The notes: generated by a model not told the origin, from the letters alone. A stretch of 63,977 nt of DNA, filler included, from Vezdaea acicularis (GCA_026025075.1; 3 parts of 3 records of this genome joined end to end with filler, not necessarily neighbours in it), one strand, 5' to 3'; numbered from the whole stretch's first letter, positions 1 through 12,520 are shown. Translations and numbers: made by a program.

Positions 1-1790
1 CTTGCGCAATGAGCTGTATACCTGAGGATAGTGATTCAAGGGTCTCTTCGGATATCGAAGCAGTCTTTTCCAACCGAAATGAAGGGCTTGAAGCTTCGGG
101 GTAGTCGCTAGGAAAAGTGACGTTGACGTTGACATGTACATCTTTACGTTCGGCACCCCAAGGCCCGTTCATTGATATTACCGCTGCCCTGCTCTGCCCA
201 TTGACATCATCCACAGAGACCTTCTTATACGTGACTCCTACACGGGTGATCTCTTCATAGAACGTTTCAGGAGAGTCCCAAGGTCCAGTATTTCCAAAAT
301 TGTGCGGAAGGTATGCGGAGGGGTTATGAGACATGCTGCTCCTTCTAACGAAGCCATTGCGCGTCTTACTCTTACCAATCCTGACACCCTTCATCCATTC
401 GATAAGATCCACGTCCCTCCGCGCTATTGACCGACCATACATTCCCACCCTCACAGGAACGGGAATACGCTGCGCCTTTGTGCTTGAAAGAGGGCCATAT
501 GACGTGGTAACGCCTGCAGTCAACATTCCCTTGACACCCATGTTCGAACCCTGCTCTTGAAGAGCTTGTAGTCCACTAGTAGGCCGAGGCAATTTATCAT
601 CCAGAGCAATAGTATCATCATGGTATGTCTTGTAAGCGGCGCCTTTACGAGTATAGTTGTATTTCCTTCGAACGGTTTCGCCCTTTTGATACCCAACCTT
701 TTGCAACATGCTATCATCAAGACGGTGGAGGCGGAGCTGGCGATCAGTACCCCAGGAGACAAGCTGGAACTCCCGATTGTCCACTCCGTCAGTTATCGTG
801 CCTCGGGGTCTCCATAAGAATTCCTTCACTTGATCCTCGTGGCCTTCGAAGCGATGTGCGGGACTGACTTCCCCATCACGAGCAACACCGTCTTCAAGGC
901 GACGATCATAGAGGTGCAGGTCACTACTATCGCGCTGAGGCATTGCACAAATGCCCCAACCAAACGGGGTATGGCGGGCTCTCCAGACAGGAAAGGGGGT
1001 TCGAATAATCCTTTCAGGTACCTCCGAATCCTTCTCATAGTCCCAAAATTTGATGGTTTTATCGAGAGAGCAAGTTACAACCGCCTTCGGTCTTGTCCTA
1101 TTCCAATCAACACCGTAGATCTTCGTTTCATGAGCCTTAATAGATTGCATGGGCACAGCGCCCCAGCGGTTATCCCAGATACGTAGCCATTTATCGTGTG
1201 ACGATGCTATGACATGGGAGTCTTGTCGGTTCCATTTAACCTGAGTTGCTCCGGCAAACCAATCGCAAAACGTTGCCACGGGTCGAGCGGGGATTCTTAA
1301 ATCCCAACAATGAACGAAGCTATCTACAGCACAGGTAGCAAGAACATCTGGATCATGCGCAGAGAAGTTAATATCTGTAATAGCTCTTGAATGAGCGTGC
1401 AAAATGAATTCGACGGATGAGTGTGGTGTTGATATAGCCAAATTCCAAACTAAGGCCTTCTGGTTCGATGTACTGACAACCCAATAGTCTCTCGCGGCGA
1501 ATGGCGACCATTGTACGTCCGCAACTTCCCAAGGCGTCTGGTGTGAGAGATATCTGGGTGGAGAGTAGATGTTGTCAAGATCGATGATATGAAGACCCTG
1601 CCGACTGACCAAGAAGTAAGCTTCAAACTGTTAATATGATTGAAGCCACTTACGAAGCCAGTGCAATATCTCGGCCACATGGTGATATCGAAGCAGACCC
1701 AACAGGTTGATCGACACCAATGGATATGTCTAAATTGAATGTTGGACTCTCAAAGGCTGAGGCTGGCCCACCTGGACTAGCGCTCTCCAT
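1..1790 (-). CDS. MTC5: WD40/RWD-domain SEA(GATOR2) complex subunit Mtc5/Sea3/WDR59, 5' part (runs off window start)
   Basis: Manual minus-strand translation from ATG 1790: MESASPGGPASAFESPTFNLDISIGVDQPVGSASISPCGRDIALAS | intron | ...PWEVADVQWSPFAARDYWVVSTSNQKALVWNL...HAHSRAITDINFSAHDPDVLATCAVDSFVHCWDLR... (WD40 repeats). RWD-like 'ISMNGPWGAERKDVHVNVNVTFPSDYPEA' near position 100-180. Confidence 0.9.
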
Positions 1791-2401
1791 AATTCAAGGA
1801 GTTCACGGCGACCTGAGCTGGAGCTCCATATAGATCGTTAAAGGTCTTCAGTCCTGCGAAAGACATTGTCCTATGTTGAAGGAGCGAGGCTGAAAGATTG
1901 TTAAGTTTCGGAAATTCGATGGGCTTTCATTCTGAATCAAAGTAGCTGTACAAGTTTTATTAAGCTCAGATCAATCGCGCGTAAACTTTAGTTGAGATAT
2001 ATAGCGCGTGAATGGCTCGCTGCGCCCTCCGTATGTTCCTACGGTAGTCATTTATTGCCTTACCACTTGGGCTATTTTGGCTATCTCAAGTATTGGGAGC
2101 TAAATACTTGGATATAGCTGTCCGGTGAGAGCCGTGTGGGAACCAGTGATAGTTCCGCGATTTTGTTGCGTGACTCGCGTTGAGCGGGAGTCTGTTCATT
2201 GTCAGGTCCATCTGTCTCCAACCTCGCGCACAGCTTTTACTTCTCTAGATTAGTGCACTTCTCTCACTTGACTCCTCGTCTCTGAACTCTATTGCCACTG
2301 CTACAAGGTCGAGCCACTTGCCCTTCGCCCTTACAACTTGCCCTGGCTCTAATCCTACTTTTCAAAAACCAGGCTTTAGGGCTTTAGTCTCACCAAATAC
2401 G

Positions 2402-3019
2402 ATGGCTAGCGTACTGCCCAAGCGAATCATCAAGGAGACAGAGCGTCTTATAGCAGAGCCGTGAGCTTTCTTTATGGTCTCGACATGCTTCTCTGAAATT
2501 ACTTACCGTGCCCCAGCGTTCCTGGTATTAGTGCCGTACCTCATGAAGACAATCTTAGGTACTTCGATGTAATGATCCACGGACCTTCGCAGTCCCCTTA
2601 TGAAGGTTGGCCAGCGTCCACTCATGCTGTTCAAAACTTGGACTTACTGAAAGCAGGGGGCATATTCAAGCTTGAGCTCTTCCTCCCCGATGACTATCCC
2701 ATGACACCACCAAAGATTCGATTTCTCACCAAGATTTACCATCCTAATATTGACAAGCTTGGGCGAATATGCCTTGACGTACTCAAAAGTAGTCGAAATT
2801 TCTCATTTTATTGTATATGCTGCAGATGCTGACCATGAAGCAGGTAACTGGTCACCCGCTCTTCAGATACGCACAATTCTCCTCTCAATCCAAGCGCTCC
2901 TCGGCGCCCCGAATCCAGACGATCCTTTGGCTAACGATGTTGCTCAACGGTGGAAGGAAGATGAAGCTGCAGCAATACAAACTGCTAGAGAATGGACTCG
3001 TACTCACGCTATGACTTGA
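2402..3019 (+). CDS. UBC13: Ubiquitin-conjugating enzyme E2 Ubc13 (3 introns)
   Basis: [20 protein letters not shown] / [18 protein letters not shown] / [41 protein letters not shown] / [22 protein letters not shown] motif and catalytic Cys present. Confidence 0.96.
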
Positions 3020-3801
3020 GCTAACGCTGTAAGCATGCAAAAGAAACAATATGATTATGAGTATCACGTCTCCATGGCCATGCATTTGCCAAGAGGAGAC
3101 TTATAAACGGAATCTCAGTCATGGTTAAGGGGGAAGATAGTCTCCTATAGACATGGGAGTTTTCATGTGTTCGGCATGTAGCAGCTTGGGTCAGCAGAAC
3201 GGTTAGAGGATTGACTATCTCTTTTGATCCAGATTTTCAAGCTCAATTGACGCTTGAAAGTCAATTCAATTTAGTAACTTCTTTAAATAAAGGGACCGTA
3301 TTCAATAAGTACCTTGAGGCTGAAGTTGACTTCTAGATTGGCAATTCTGAACGTGAGGTTTTCCAGTTTCAAGGCTAATACCATGATTTCAGACTGGGAA
3401 TGGTTAAGCTGAGCACCTATGCAAGCTTCTGCGCAGCCATATACTTGGAAATGCCTACGCAAATATATGCCAATGCTGAATATATCTTCAGACCCTTCGT
3501 CATCTGGCAAGAGAGAGATGTTAGAGACTTTTTACCATAGCAATAGTGCATTTTCCAATCCCTCTATTTTAGGCGACTGGCTCTCAACTCAGAAGTAGCG
3601 TATGTACAGTGACTTATTAAACGGAAGGCACATACATTGTAAGCCGATTGTACGCAACGCAACACGGGTCACGCGTTACCGATCTCTTTATTTCCTTAAG
3701 AAGTTCCGATGTGAACATTCATCAGCCAAGACCTCAAACGCCTCTTTCCATCATCATCTCATGCATGACATTTTCTACACTGCAAGCATCGTAAGCTTAA
3801 G

Positions 3802-4833
3802 ATGAACAAGGCTAAGAAAGTGAGTTTTCGGGAATTCTGGCTGCCTTGGTAGTCCATTTGTGGGAGTAGTTATGCAAGCTTTTAATAATTGTTTTTGGCT
3901 AACAACAACGCACATGTCTTAGGTAGAAGACGTACGCGAAGGATTCGCCATCCCCCTTGTTCTTTACGACATAAAAGACTCTCGATATAGACATCCTGCG
4001 CATCCTCATAAATGGCATACGAAGAATTTGCGATGCGTTCAGTGCAAGGGATCTTGCGATATCTGCAGCTCAAAATGCTGCAAGTTTGAAGAAATGATCT
4101 CGCAAATAAACGCCAACGTCCTTCCAGTGGCCGAAAAGGAGAAACATATGGTCACACTCAATAAGATGTTGGACGTCGTCTATGTCGGAGTAGACCCACC
4201 AACTTTCCTTCGCTGCACGACTCAAACATGCAGGAAATTGGTTTGCCCGGAATGCTGTGGAATCTGCCCTGAGTCTGTTATCTGTGGTGATATTCAGTGC
4301 AAAGTAAGAACGCTCGAAGTAGTTCAATCAAGTAACAAAAAATGCACTGAAGATTTCACTTTGCGGCACCCCTTTACTAAGCTTCTTGGCAAGCGCTAAG
4401 TTGTTATCAAGAAGATCTGCTGATCATTAGACAGGATTGCAAGAAAGACCCGTGGGCTAGGTGCGACTGGCATGAAGAATCTGGCCTGGTTGTTCGGAAG
4501 ACCTTCAGCAGGGCAACTGGGTGGAAGACGACCTTATCCTCTGGCGATAAATTTAGACAATCACTAAACTCAACCATGGGTGGCCAGACTCAGGGCAAAG
4601 ATGATCTGGATCTGTTCACGCTTGATGAGGCATTGATGAATGCGAAGAAAAATTCAGCGCGTTTACTTCATCAGTCACATAGCAGCGCAGATACTACTGA
4701 CGCCGGAGACTCTGGCTCTCCTGCAACATATGGCTCTTTGGGAGGGCTACTCTCAAGGGATCGGAAATACTCTACAAGTAATACATCGAATTGGATGAAG
4801 AGCAGCAGGTCGAGTAAGGGAAATAGTCGCTAG
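3802..4833 (+). CDS. Hypothetical cysteine-rich protein (~265 aa, 3 exons: 3802-3819, 3923-4303, 4435-4833)
   Basis: Two phase-0 GT-AG introns with branch-like GCTAAC/GCTGAT join MNKAKK to the 4028 ORF frame and then to the 4576 ORF frame without stops; 16 Cys in CxxC-like clusters. Confidence 0.6.
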
Positions 4834-5495
4834 GGGCCATTCAGAATATTTGATAGCGTTCGGGAATTATATAAAGAGAAAGCAGGGTACAGGGGTTGGT
4901 CAAATTATGACGACAGCAAAGCATCTTGCTGTTTGATATTTATCACTCCATCGAAAGAGTTGGACTCGTTCCTTCTTTCATGGTAATCTTCTGTTAGGGA
5001 AGACAGAGTTATCGTAGCTTTTGCAATTAGGAGCAATTTTGTCTGGATGTCACGAACCTGCCTTCCCGTGACTCCTGCGGCACCCCTGCGCTACCCATGC
5101 GTCACGTGACCATCGTCATATAGCAAAGCGGGGAAGCACTGTAGAATAGCTCCTCAGTATTCAATCGTATAGATACATGCCATTGACTACTAAACTATTC
5201 CAACTCCTATTGCGACTATACTGCGTGCCTACTGCGTCCTCCGTGCGTTGCCTGATTGATCCTAGCCGCTCCCTGCTCGTACGCTACATCCTCACACTGG
5301 ACGAGACCTAGAAACAACACAGTAAAGCCATCTGCATGATACAAGCAATTTCTGGTGTTGTAGAAGCACTCTGTCGTTTGCTGACACTTGGAGATGGATG
5401 TCATGCTATGAAAGGCCGGAATACGAAGTTTGAGGCCGGTATATCTTAGCCTACTTTAAGTTAAGGGATGCGACTTTCGGGCTCGCTTATAGCTG

Positions 5496-5533
5496 AACCC
5501 TAATCCGCACCACTCAATTTGCAAACACGTGAC
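5496..5533 (+). promoter_or_regulatory. Putative ribosomal-protein promoter elements: AACCCTAA (Tbf1/telobox-like) and CACGTGAC (Cbf1-type E-box)
   Basis: AACCCTAA at 5496-5503 and CACGTGAC at 5526-5533, about 100-140 bp upstream of the RPL24 ATG; a further palindromic GTCACGTGAC lies at 5101-5110. Confidence 0.5.
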
Positions 5534-5633
5534 ATCAACCGCGAAACTCTTAAACTTCTGGAACATCTGCATCCATTGTTGACAATATACAACATCACCG
5601 TACATAGGACCACGCATCAGTGGAACCATCAGG

Positions 5634-6290
5634 ATGCGTACCTACGATGACACGTTTAGCGGCGACAAGATCTACCCTGGAAAGGTTCGTCCTAAGCTAC
5701 TTTCATCACTATTGCCATTTGGGTGCGTGTAGCTAATACGAGATTATCTTTAAACTAGGGCAAAATCTATGTCCGAGGTGATAGCAAGGTTTTCCGCTTT
5801 GTAAATGGCAAGACCGAATCTCTTTTCCTACAACGAAAGAATCCTCGTCGGATCGCCTGGACTATCCTTTACAGAAGACAGCATAAGAAGGGGATCTCAG
5901 AAGTACGTCCCACCCAACCCTAATTCATTCGTCCATTCCATCTTCATCTCCAGATAACACAATCTACGTGAACAAGAGTTAGGATACTAATCAACTCTAT
6001 AGGAAGTCGCCAAGAAACGTACCCGCCGCACTGTGAAGCACCAGAGGGCCATCGTTGGTGCCTCACTTGACGTCATCAAAGAAAAGAAGCAACAACGCCC
6101 AGAAGCACGATTAGCAGCCCGACAAGCAGCAATAAAGGAGGGCAAGGAGAAGAAGACTGCTGCTGAGAGCAAGAAGAAGGCTGATAAGGCGAAATCGGCC
6201 GCAAATGCGGCAAAGGGCCAGACTGGGAGAATACAAAGCAAGCAAGGAGCGAAGGGTGTGCCAACCAAGGTTGCTGCCAAGAGTCGTTGA
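5634..6290 (+). CDS. RPL24: 60S ribosomal protein L24 (eL24), 2 introns
   Basis: [17 protein letters not shown] / [48 protein letters not shown] / [29 protein letters not shown]... Confidence 0.97.
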
Positions 6291-6649
6291 GAAATTAGGG
6301 CTTGGAGGAGCTAATGGGCTGCCTGAGAGTAAAGATGGCGGAAAATATACTACGAGTATGAATTGAAGCCGTTGCTCTATCAATCCTGAGTAAATTCCTA
6401 CGCCGAATGATCTAGGTTTAAGAGATACATCCATCCATGAATCACTGAGAGGTATATCTATAAGCCCCACGTATCAGAAGGCTGCATATATCAAAGTCTC
6501 CATCCCTGACTTGAGCTACCATGACATCGCATAATTGTTAGCTCAGTCCTCTATCTTCTATGCTCCTGCTCGTATCCCGATCTATAAGTTGCCCGCTTTC
6601 CCATTCCATCTGGTCAGGGCGTCTGTGTGAAATTATGAAGGCTCAGAAC

Positions 6650-7414
6650 CTACTTCTTGTAATAATGCGCCATCTCCAACCCCGCCCTCTTGAACCCGCA
6701 TTTAGTATAGAATCCTTCATTCGCTTCTGAGCAATCTAGTATACTCTGTCACAATCAAGATATCAGCTAGCAGCTCTCTCTGCAGCTTCCAAAGGTCTTA
6801 GCATCCAAGGAGCTGCTCACTTTATAACAGCCGACCTTCTCTGCCAAAAAATCTAGCGTCTGGATGATCTTAAGACCGAGCTTCTTGCCCTGTTGGTCCT
6901 TCAGTACGGCGATGTCTTCAATGTGGCCCACGAGCCCAAGGTCGTGTATGCTATTTCGACCGAAGGTCAAGGATTAGCACCCTTGATCTCTAGACATGCT
7001 GCACACTTCCTGACCCAATTGGGCCGGGGACTCTATGCTCAGAGCAAAGCCAGACGCATACGCCCATCACCGGAGCACTTTAAAAGCGAGAGAGCCTTTG
7101 GAAGGGACTCACAACTTCCTTTCCGCAACCAGCGTCCCCACGCCAACAATCCTTTCTTTTCCCGCGCCAGCCCTCAGCAACCCGCCCTCAACGATGACAA
7201 CAATGTAATACCCCCCCGCCCCAACCAACTCGGTATACCTCCCTCCCCACCTTTCCCTATTAACATCACCAACAGATGTTAACACTCTGAGAACGTCCAA
7301 AAAGCCGAGTTCGTAGTCCGCTTCGCATAAAGGCCGAATTGAATATCCTTCTGGCAAGCCAATTGCGCCCTCAGATGGAAGCAATTCGGCGCTGAAAAGC
7401 GGCGGGGCTGTCAT
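6650..7414 (-). CDS. GNA1: Glucosamine-6-phosphate N-acetyltransferase (GNAT), 2 introns
   Basis: LPEGYSIRPL...GFLDVLRVLTSVG...IVGVGTLVAERKF / IHDLGLVGHIEDIAVLKDQQGKKLGLKII...VGCYK / SILDCSEANEGFYTKCGF. Confidence 0.93.
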
Positions 7415-7930
7415 GGTTGCTGGAGAGGTGAAGAAGTTAAGGACGGAGGTGCTCGCGAAGCACCAGTCAAGTTGCTCGCAGAATCTTGAGCTGAAACTTT
7501 CCACAAGTGTATGTGGTTCAGGGCATATTCGATTCAGGGACGGTGGGGTGAAGGGTAAGGGGCTCCTGTAGTGAGGGGGGGCTACGTCAAGTGCAGCTCT
7601 TGCGTGCCTGACCGAGGCGAGGTGGGGCAAACACTGCATGGCTCTGCATCGGACCTCGAAACCCCGGGATGATCCAGTACTTGGACTAGAACTTCTTCTC
7701 AACTGATAATCCTTGCCAAGACCCTTTCCGTTGAAGAATTTTGTAGGCCTTTCTCTACTGATTCATACAAATGTAGGAAAGACCGTCGAAATACTACTGG
7801 AGGATTGAAGTATTAAATGTTTGGTTTATTAGCGCAGGAGCAATCTTCCTTCCAACGTCCGCGTTATAGGATCTCCAAAGCTCGAGCTTAATTGCGAGCC
7901 AGGACGGTGGTTTCCATCACAGTTGCTGCT

Positions 7931-9631
7931 ATGCCCTTCGCCCCCGTCCATCATGATGTCAAGGAGGCGTTGCCATTCTTTCACAGCACCGAGAAGGTGG
8001 AAGGGCTATGGCTCCCAATACTAAGCAACGAGTGCTCCTTCTCTACTTCCATATTTGAGGATGTGATGTATAATTTGATCAAAAACCCCAATATCAATTC
8101 TAGTTACTTATTCCGTGCCGACATTCTCTATGATAGCGACACACAATATTCTGACGTTGATTACCGAGAGTTTCGTAATGGAAATCAAGGAGACGGTGAA
8201 TGGGATGGAGAAATCAAGAGAATATCGATTGTCGACTTCATTGTCACCCGGACTGTAGTCCGCAAGCTCATTCCTCGCAACCCTCAACTCGATAAACTGC
8301 TCATCCAGACGTGTATCTTTCTCAAAGGGGGCAATGAACAGGAAGAAGAGTCGTCTCTATCGTCAAGTCGCGGCATTTCTCGCAATGGGTCAAACACAGA
8401 CCATACCCTTGTCATCTACATCCCTCATGCTCGCGAGCCGTCTAACATCCCTTTTTACCATCCTCCTGTCCGCGGTATTGCCTACTTACACTGTGGCACG
8501 GCAGTGAGTTTCTCATACCTTCTCTTTCCCAATACAAACTTGACTCCGCGACTTCTCCGCACTGCGAGCTCTCTCCTTTCTGTGGCCCATAAGCATGGTC
8601 AAGGAACTGCAGCTGGCTATGAGAAGCGGGTGCAGCATGATGCTCTTGTTCCACAAAAAGCAGTGCAAGACACCTATACGGCCTTGAAGGCGCGGCATGC
8701 AAATCGTTTGATTACAAACTGGGTTGAGAGCACCGATCCAGCGAAACACGTCTTCGAGGACCTCGCAATAACAGCATTTCTTATCGAGCTTTGGAAAGAT
8801 ATGTACCCAGCTGATAACTCCGAAAAGGCAGGCAGACAGGTACAAGGGCCATCTAGCTTTGTGGATATTGGCTGCGGGAACGGCGTTTTAGTGGATATAC
8901 TTCTCCATGAAGGGTTCGAAGGTTGGGGCTTCGACGCTCGGCGGCGGAAGATGTGGAGAACATTTGAGCAAACAACCCAAGTGCATTTGCATGAACTCGT
9001 TCTCGTACCTGCTCCTCTGTTATCTTCTGATACTACCTCCCCTGCTTTCGCCTACATGCCTGAACCAACCTCTTCAATCGGATCTCGACTGTATGCCAGA
9101 CATAACGGCATATTTACAGAGGGGTCCTTTGTCATTAGCAATCATGCAGACCAGCTTACGACATGGACGCCACTTCTGGCACTGCTTTCTTTCTCTCCCT
9201 TTTTGTGCATTCCCTGCTGCTCACACGCCCTTTCAGGTGCACGTTTTCGAGCACCTGTGCGGCAGGATATTCCTCCTCCCGAAGAATCACAGAAAACCGC
9301 GGGAAAACAGCCTTCCGCTTACGCAGCACTATGTGGGTATGTGGCATATTTGGCACGGGAGGCAGGATATAATGTGGACCGAGAAATGCTACGAATTCCG
9401 AGCACTAGGAATGTCGGAATTCGAGGAAGATTGCCTAAGACGGTGACAAAAACCCGGGAAGAGAGAGCAGGTGTGATTTTGAAGCTTCTGGAGCAAGAGG
9501 GTGGCTGTGATGGTTGGATAGAGAGGGTTGAACTGTTAAGAGGCAGGAAGGAAAAGAATACGGACAGTCATAGCTCTGTCACGAGCATCGGGGACTCCAA
9601 GATGGCGTCATTAAAGAGCATTGAGGAATAA
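7931..9631 (+). CDS. TRM44: tRNA(Ser) Um44 2'-O-methyltransferase
   Basis: Intronless ORF with YEKRVQHD, WVESTDPAKHVFEDLAI, SAM motif FVDIGCGNGVLV, GFDARRRK, SNHADQLT, IPCCSH, LRIPSTRN. Confidence 0.92.
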   Translation: MPFAPVHHDVKEALPFFHSTEKVEGLWLPILSNECSFSTSIFEDVMYNLIKNPNINSSYLFRADILYDSDTQYSDVDYREFRNGNQGDGEWDGEIKRISIVDFIVTRTVVRKLIPRNPQLDKLLIQTCIFLKGGNEQEEESSLSSSRGISRNGSNTDHTLVIYIPHAREPSNIPFYHPPVRGIAYLHCGTAVSFSYLLFPNTNLTPRLLRTASSLLSVAHKHGQGTAAGYEKRVQHDALVPQKAVQDTYTALKARHANRLITNWVESTDPAKHVFEDLAITAFLIELWKDMYPADNSEKAGRQVQGPSSFVDIGCGNGVLVDILLHEGFEGWGFDARRRKMWRTFEQTTQVHLHELVLVPAPLLSSDTTSPAFAYMPEPTSSIGSRLYARHNGIFTEGSFVISNHADQLTTWTPLLALLSFSPFLCIPCCSHALSGARFRAPVRQDIPPPEESQKTAGKQPSAYAALCGYVAYLAREAGYNVDREMLRIPSTRNVGIRGRLPKTVTKTREERAGVILKLLEQEGGCDGWIERVELLRGRKEKNTDSHSSVTSIGDSKMASLKSIEE

Positions 9632-9689
9632 GTCGAGGCTGATTCTGCGTCAGGCGCTCTTCAACTACTACTGTGGCTGCTATAGCCCG

Positions 9690-11267
9690 TCACCCAACGC
9701 GGACATATGGCCAGGATTTCATTGACTCCTTCATATCTGTGGCTAACCCAGCATCCACTGCTCTGAACACTTCTCCTACTGTCTGAATCAGGCAGGAAGC
9801 ATACGAAAAGGCCTCTTGGTCTTTCCGAATCTTGTCCCAGTCGACACGGGTAACTCCTCCTCCCTCACTCCAAGTTTGCCATGCTTCAATCATGTCCGAT
9901 ATCCGCTTGGCGAAGGCTTCTTCTACAAGCATTCTATGGAGAATAGTCTCCACGACGTTTCCATCTTTCTTTAGCCATCTCCTGTTTGCATCCGCAACAA
10001 CATGAGGGCTTAACCTCGGCGAGTTAAGGGCATCTTGGAGCCTTTGCTCTTCGTGCTTCCTTCTATCTTGCATTGATTGCATCATTTCTTGATGCCTATT
10101 GAAAGTCTCCTCCGCGACTCTCGCGATTCTTGCGGCCTCTCGTTGCGCTGGGGCCATCATACTCTCGGCTCGAATCATTTGCTGCTGCTTCATGAATTTG
10201 GCTGACATCTTCTGCGCCTCGGACATGTTGTCATGTTGCGTCGCCCATGGAGGAGTATCTTTCTCATCTATAACACCCAGGAGGACCATTATCCCGCATG
10301 GGACCGTATCTTTCGAGGCGAAGACTTGAATTGAGAGCGGAATTGAGTAACTCCATAGTCCCATCGCACCTGCTTGGCCGCCCAGCGCTGTCGCGCCGCA
10401 TGCAAACCATAGGCCTGCAGGGCCATGGTAGTCATTAAACATTTTGAGATGGTTTGCAGGGACAAGTTCCGCCATTCCCCCAGACGGTGTCTCATAGAAT
10501 GCTTCCTGCAACCCATTAATGCCTAGTCTAACTCGTATCGGACGCTGTCCTGATTCAAGTTCCGTACTGTGCTTCTCAGCGCCATCCACTGGTGGTCTCG
10601 TGCTCGTGTCATTCCCAATGGAAGGAGGGGTTGTCGGCACGGATATCCTCATCCAATACGGTGGCAGTGAATCCATGCTCCTTATGTCCCATTCATCTCT
10701 CCACTTCAGCGTTACTGAGACATGTCCATCGCTCTCATCAGGTGCGGTGACTGATAACACGGAATGTTTTCTGTCTGGACTGAGTAATAATCTTGTACCA
10801 GTAGGTGTCCACAGTCCCGAAAGCCTAAGTTTACTGAATCCATCTGGGTCCGGGACAGCACCACGGTCAAGCAAGAAGGCAACGAGCTCCTCAAAATCTA
10901 CTTCCGCCTGCGGCTGCCGCACTTCATCCGCATACTCCACTCTACAAACGGCCCGACCCGTCTTCAACTTCTCCCAATTGAATAACGTCCAAGAACCCCC
11001 TTTGATCAAGGATGGCCGAGGTGCCTGTATCCAAAAGCCAGGCTGGTCGCGCCGTAGAGGTGTAATGCTGTACCTCTCAAATTCAATCTCAACAATGCGC
11101 GACATGAGACTTCCGCGTATCGCAGGATGGAGCCCATTGTGATGTAATTCGTGTTTTATGCGCCGTAGGGTGAGAAGGGATGTAAGAGTCGTATAGAGGA
11201 TTGGAAGTACCCCTAGGACAGCCAAAGGGACGCCAATGTAAGTGATGATGTCGATAGCTGTAGGCAT
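9690..11267 (-). CDS. Conserved-looking fungal hypothetical protein with N-terminal TM helix (525 aa)
   Basis: Long intronless ORF; hydrophobic N-terminus IITYIGVPLAVLGVLPILYT; coiled-coil-like Q/E/M-rich region near the C-terminus. Confidence 0.8.
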   Translation of the reverse strand: MPTAIDIITYIGVPLAVLGVLPILYTTLTSLLTLRRIKHELHHNGLHPAIRGSLMSRIVEIEFERYSITPLRRDQPGFWIQAPRPSLIKGGSWTLFNWEKLKTGRAVCRVEYADEVRQPQAEVDFEELVAFLLDRGAVPDPDGFSKLRLSGLWTPTGTRLLLSPDRKHSVLSVTAPDESDGHVSVTLKWRDEWDIRSMDSLPPYWMRISVPTTPPSIGNDTSTRPPVDGAEKHSTELESGQRPIRVRLGINGLQEAFYETPSGGMAELVPANHLKMFNDYHGPAGLWFACGATALGGQAGAMGLWSYSIPLSIQVFASKDTVPCGIMVLLGVIDEKDTPPWATQHDNMSEAQKMSAKFMKQQQMIRAESMMAPAQREAARIARVAEETFNRHQEMMQSMQDRRKHEEQRLQDALNSPRLSPHVVADANRRWLKKDGNVVETILHRMLVEEAFAKRISDMIEAWQTWSEGGGVTRVDWDKIRKDQEAFSYASCLIQTVGEVFRAVDAGLATDMKESMKSWPYVRVG

Positions 11268-12520
11268 TGCGATAGACGCAGAGACATTTCGCTCATCTCC
11301 GAGCTCACCAATTCGCTATTTCATGATTTGATGAAAGCTCCTGGATCATGCATCCCGATTTGGACGCGTTCGGCTGTACAACCACTCAGCCACTCGCGAA
11401 TTGCAGGGGGGGCGGTACCTCTTAGTAGCGTCGCGGAGTGACAGAAACGAAAGCGCTTCGATATCTGCAAATCGGACATGGTTTACTCATCCGGATCTTA
11501 TTCCGTCTCCTGCGCTGAATTCGAGATTTTTTATAGATGCTGGTGCGCGAAACCCGGGGTTGGGGTGGGGTTTCTCTCAAGCCCCGAAGAGATGTGCGTG
11601 TATGGGCGGGTTAAGCAGATCCGTAACATCTCCTTGCAAAATTTGGTTTTTTACCTTCTAAATTCTGGCATAAATGGACTTTTTTCAAAGCTGGCTTCAG
11701 CACAGATTTCCTGATACTCATACGTGAAACGTGAAACCAATAGCAGCCCTCGCACCGCGTATTAGCGGTTCACTCACCCCATAATACTAAGCTGGTGTCA
11801 CGTTGTTTACTGTGGATGACCCCGCAGAGAAGCATTGGGAAACAAAACTTCTATGTTATCTCTTACGGACATATCCATAGAGTTCTATAAGATATCTGCT
11901 ACCTGCTGTAGAACGTCATCCGCTACATGTTCATGGTCTCGTCTCTCATCGCGGCATAATTGGACCGTACCCAAATCCAAAGTTGGAGTTAGCCAACCCT
12001 TCTAGCCCCTGAAGCTAGAGTAAGTTCGGTATACTCGTGTTCCTCTTCGTCAAACCTCAGGAACATGTTGACTTATAGGTCAAGATTGTACGTCATTGCC
12101 CATTTTGAGGTTGACAAAAGCTCCAAGTATGGAGTCTATCTCCGGCGCTACTGTATCGTCGGATCTGCCCCCAACCCACAGATAGAACCTCCAGTCTAAG
12201 TGGAAAGTTCAACATGGTACTCACGTGGATTCTTGCCCCCGCGGTAGTCTCTTTCCCATTTAGCATGAGATAAATTCAATTCCTTAACTTTAAGGTCTAC
12301 GCATGATTCCAAAATGGGCTTATTTTCAGACGTTATATATTTGGGGTCGACCCTGACCCTAAGGCTGACCCCAAGTCACGTATAGCGAGAGGCGTGGGCG
12401 GATAGCAAGGGATCAATAGGCAGCTACGTCTCAAGCAAAAGATGTCACCTATTAGTAAATAGGAGTTTTGCTTGTCCACGCGTGAAATTCGAAAGGGCAG
12501 GTGGCTCTCGTGGTTCTATT

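Noticed and set aside
7415..7702. In-frame upstream extension of the GNA1 ORF (197-aa track ORF)
   Set aside because: Family similarity begins at MTAPPLF (7414); the extension lies in the GNA1/TRM44 divergent promoter and looks like chance openness.
10519..11142. 207-aa plus-strand ORF
   Set aside because: Antisense shadow of the 525-aa gene; Ser-rich with no motifs.
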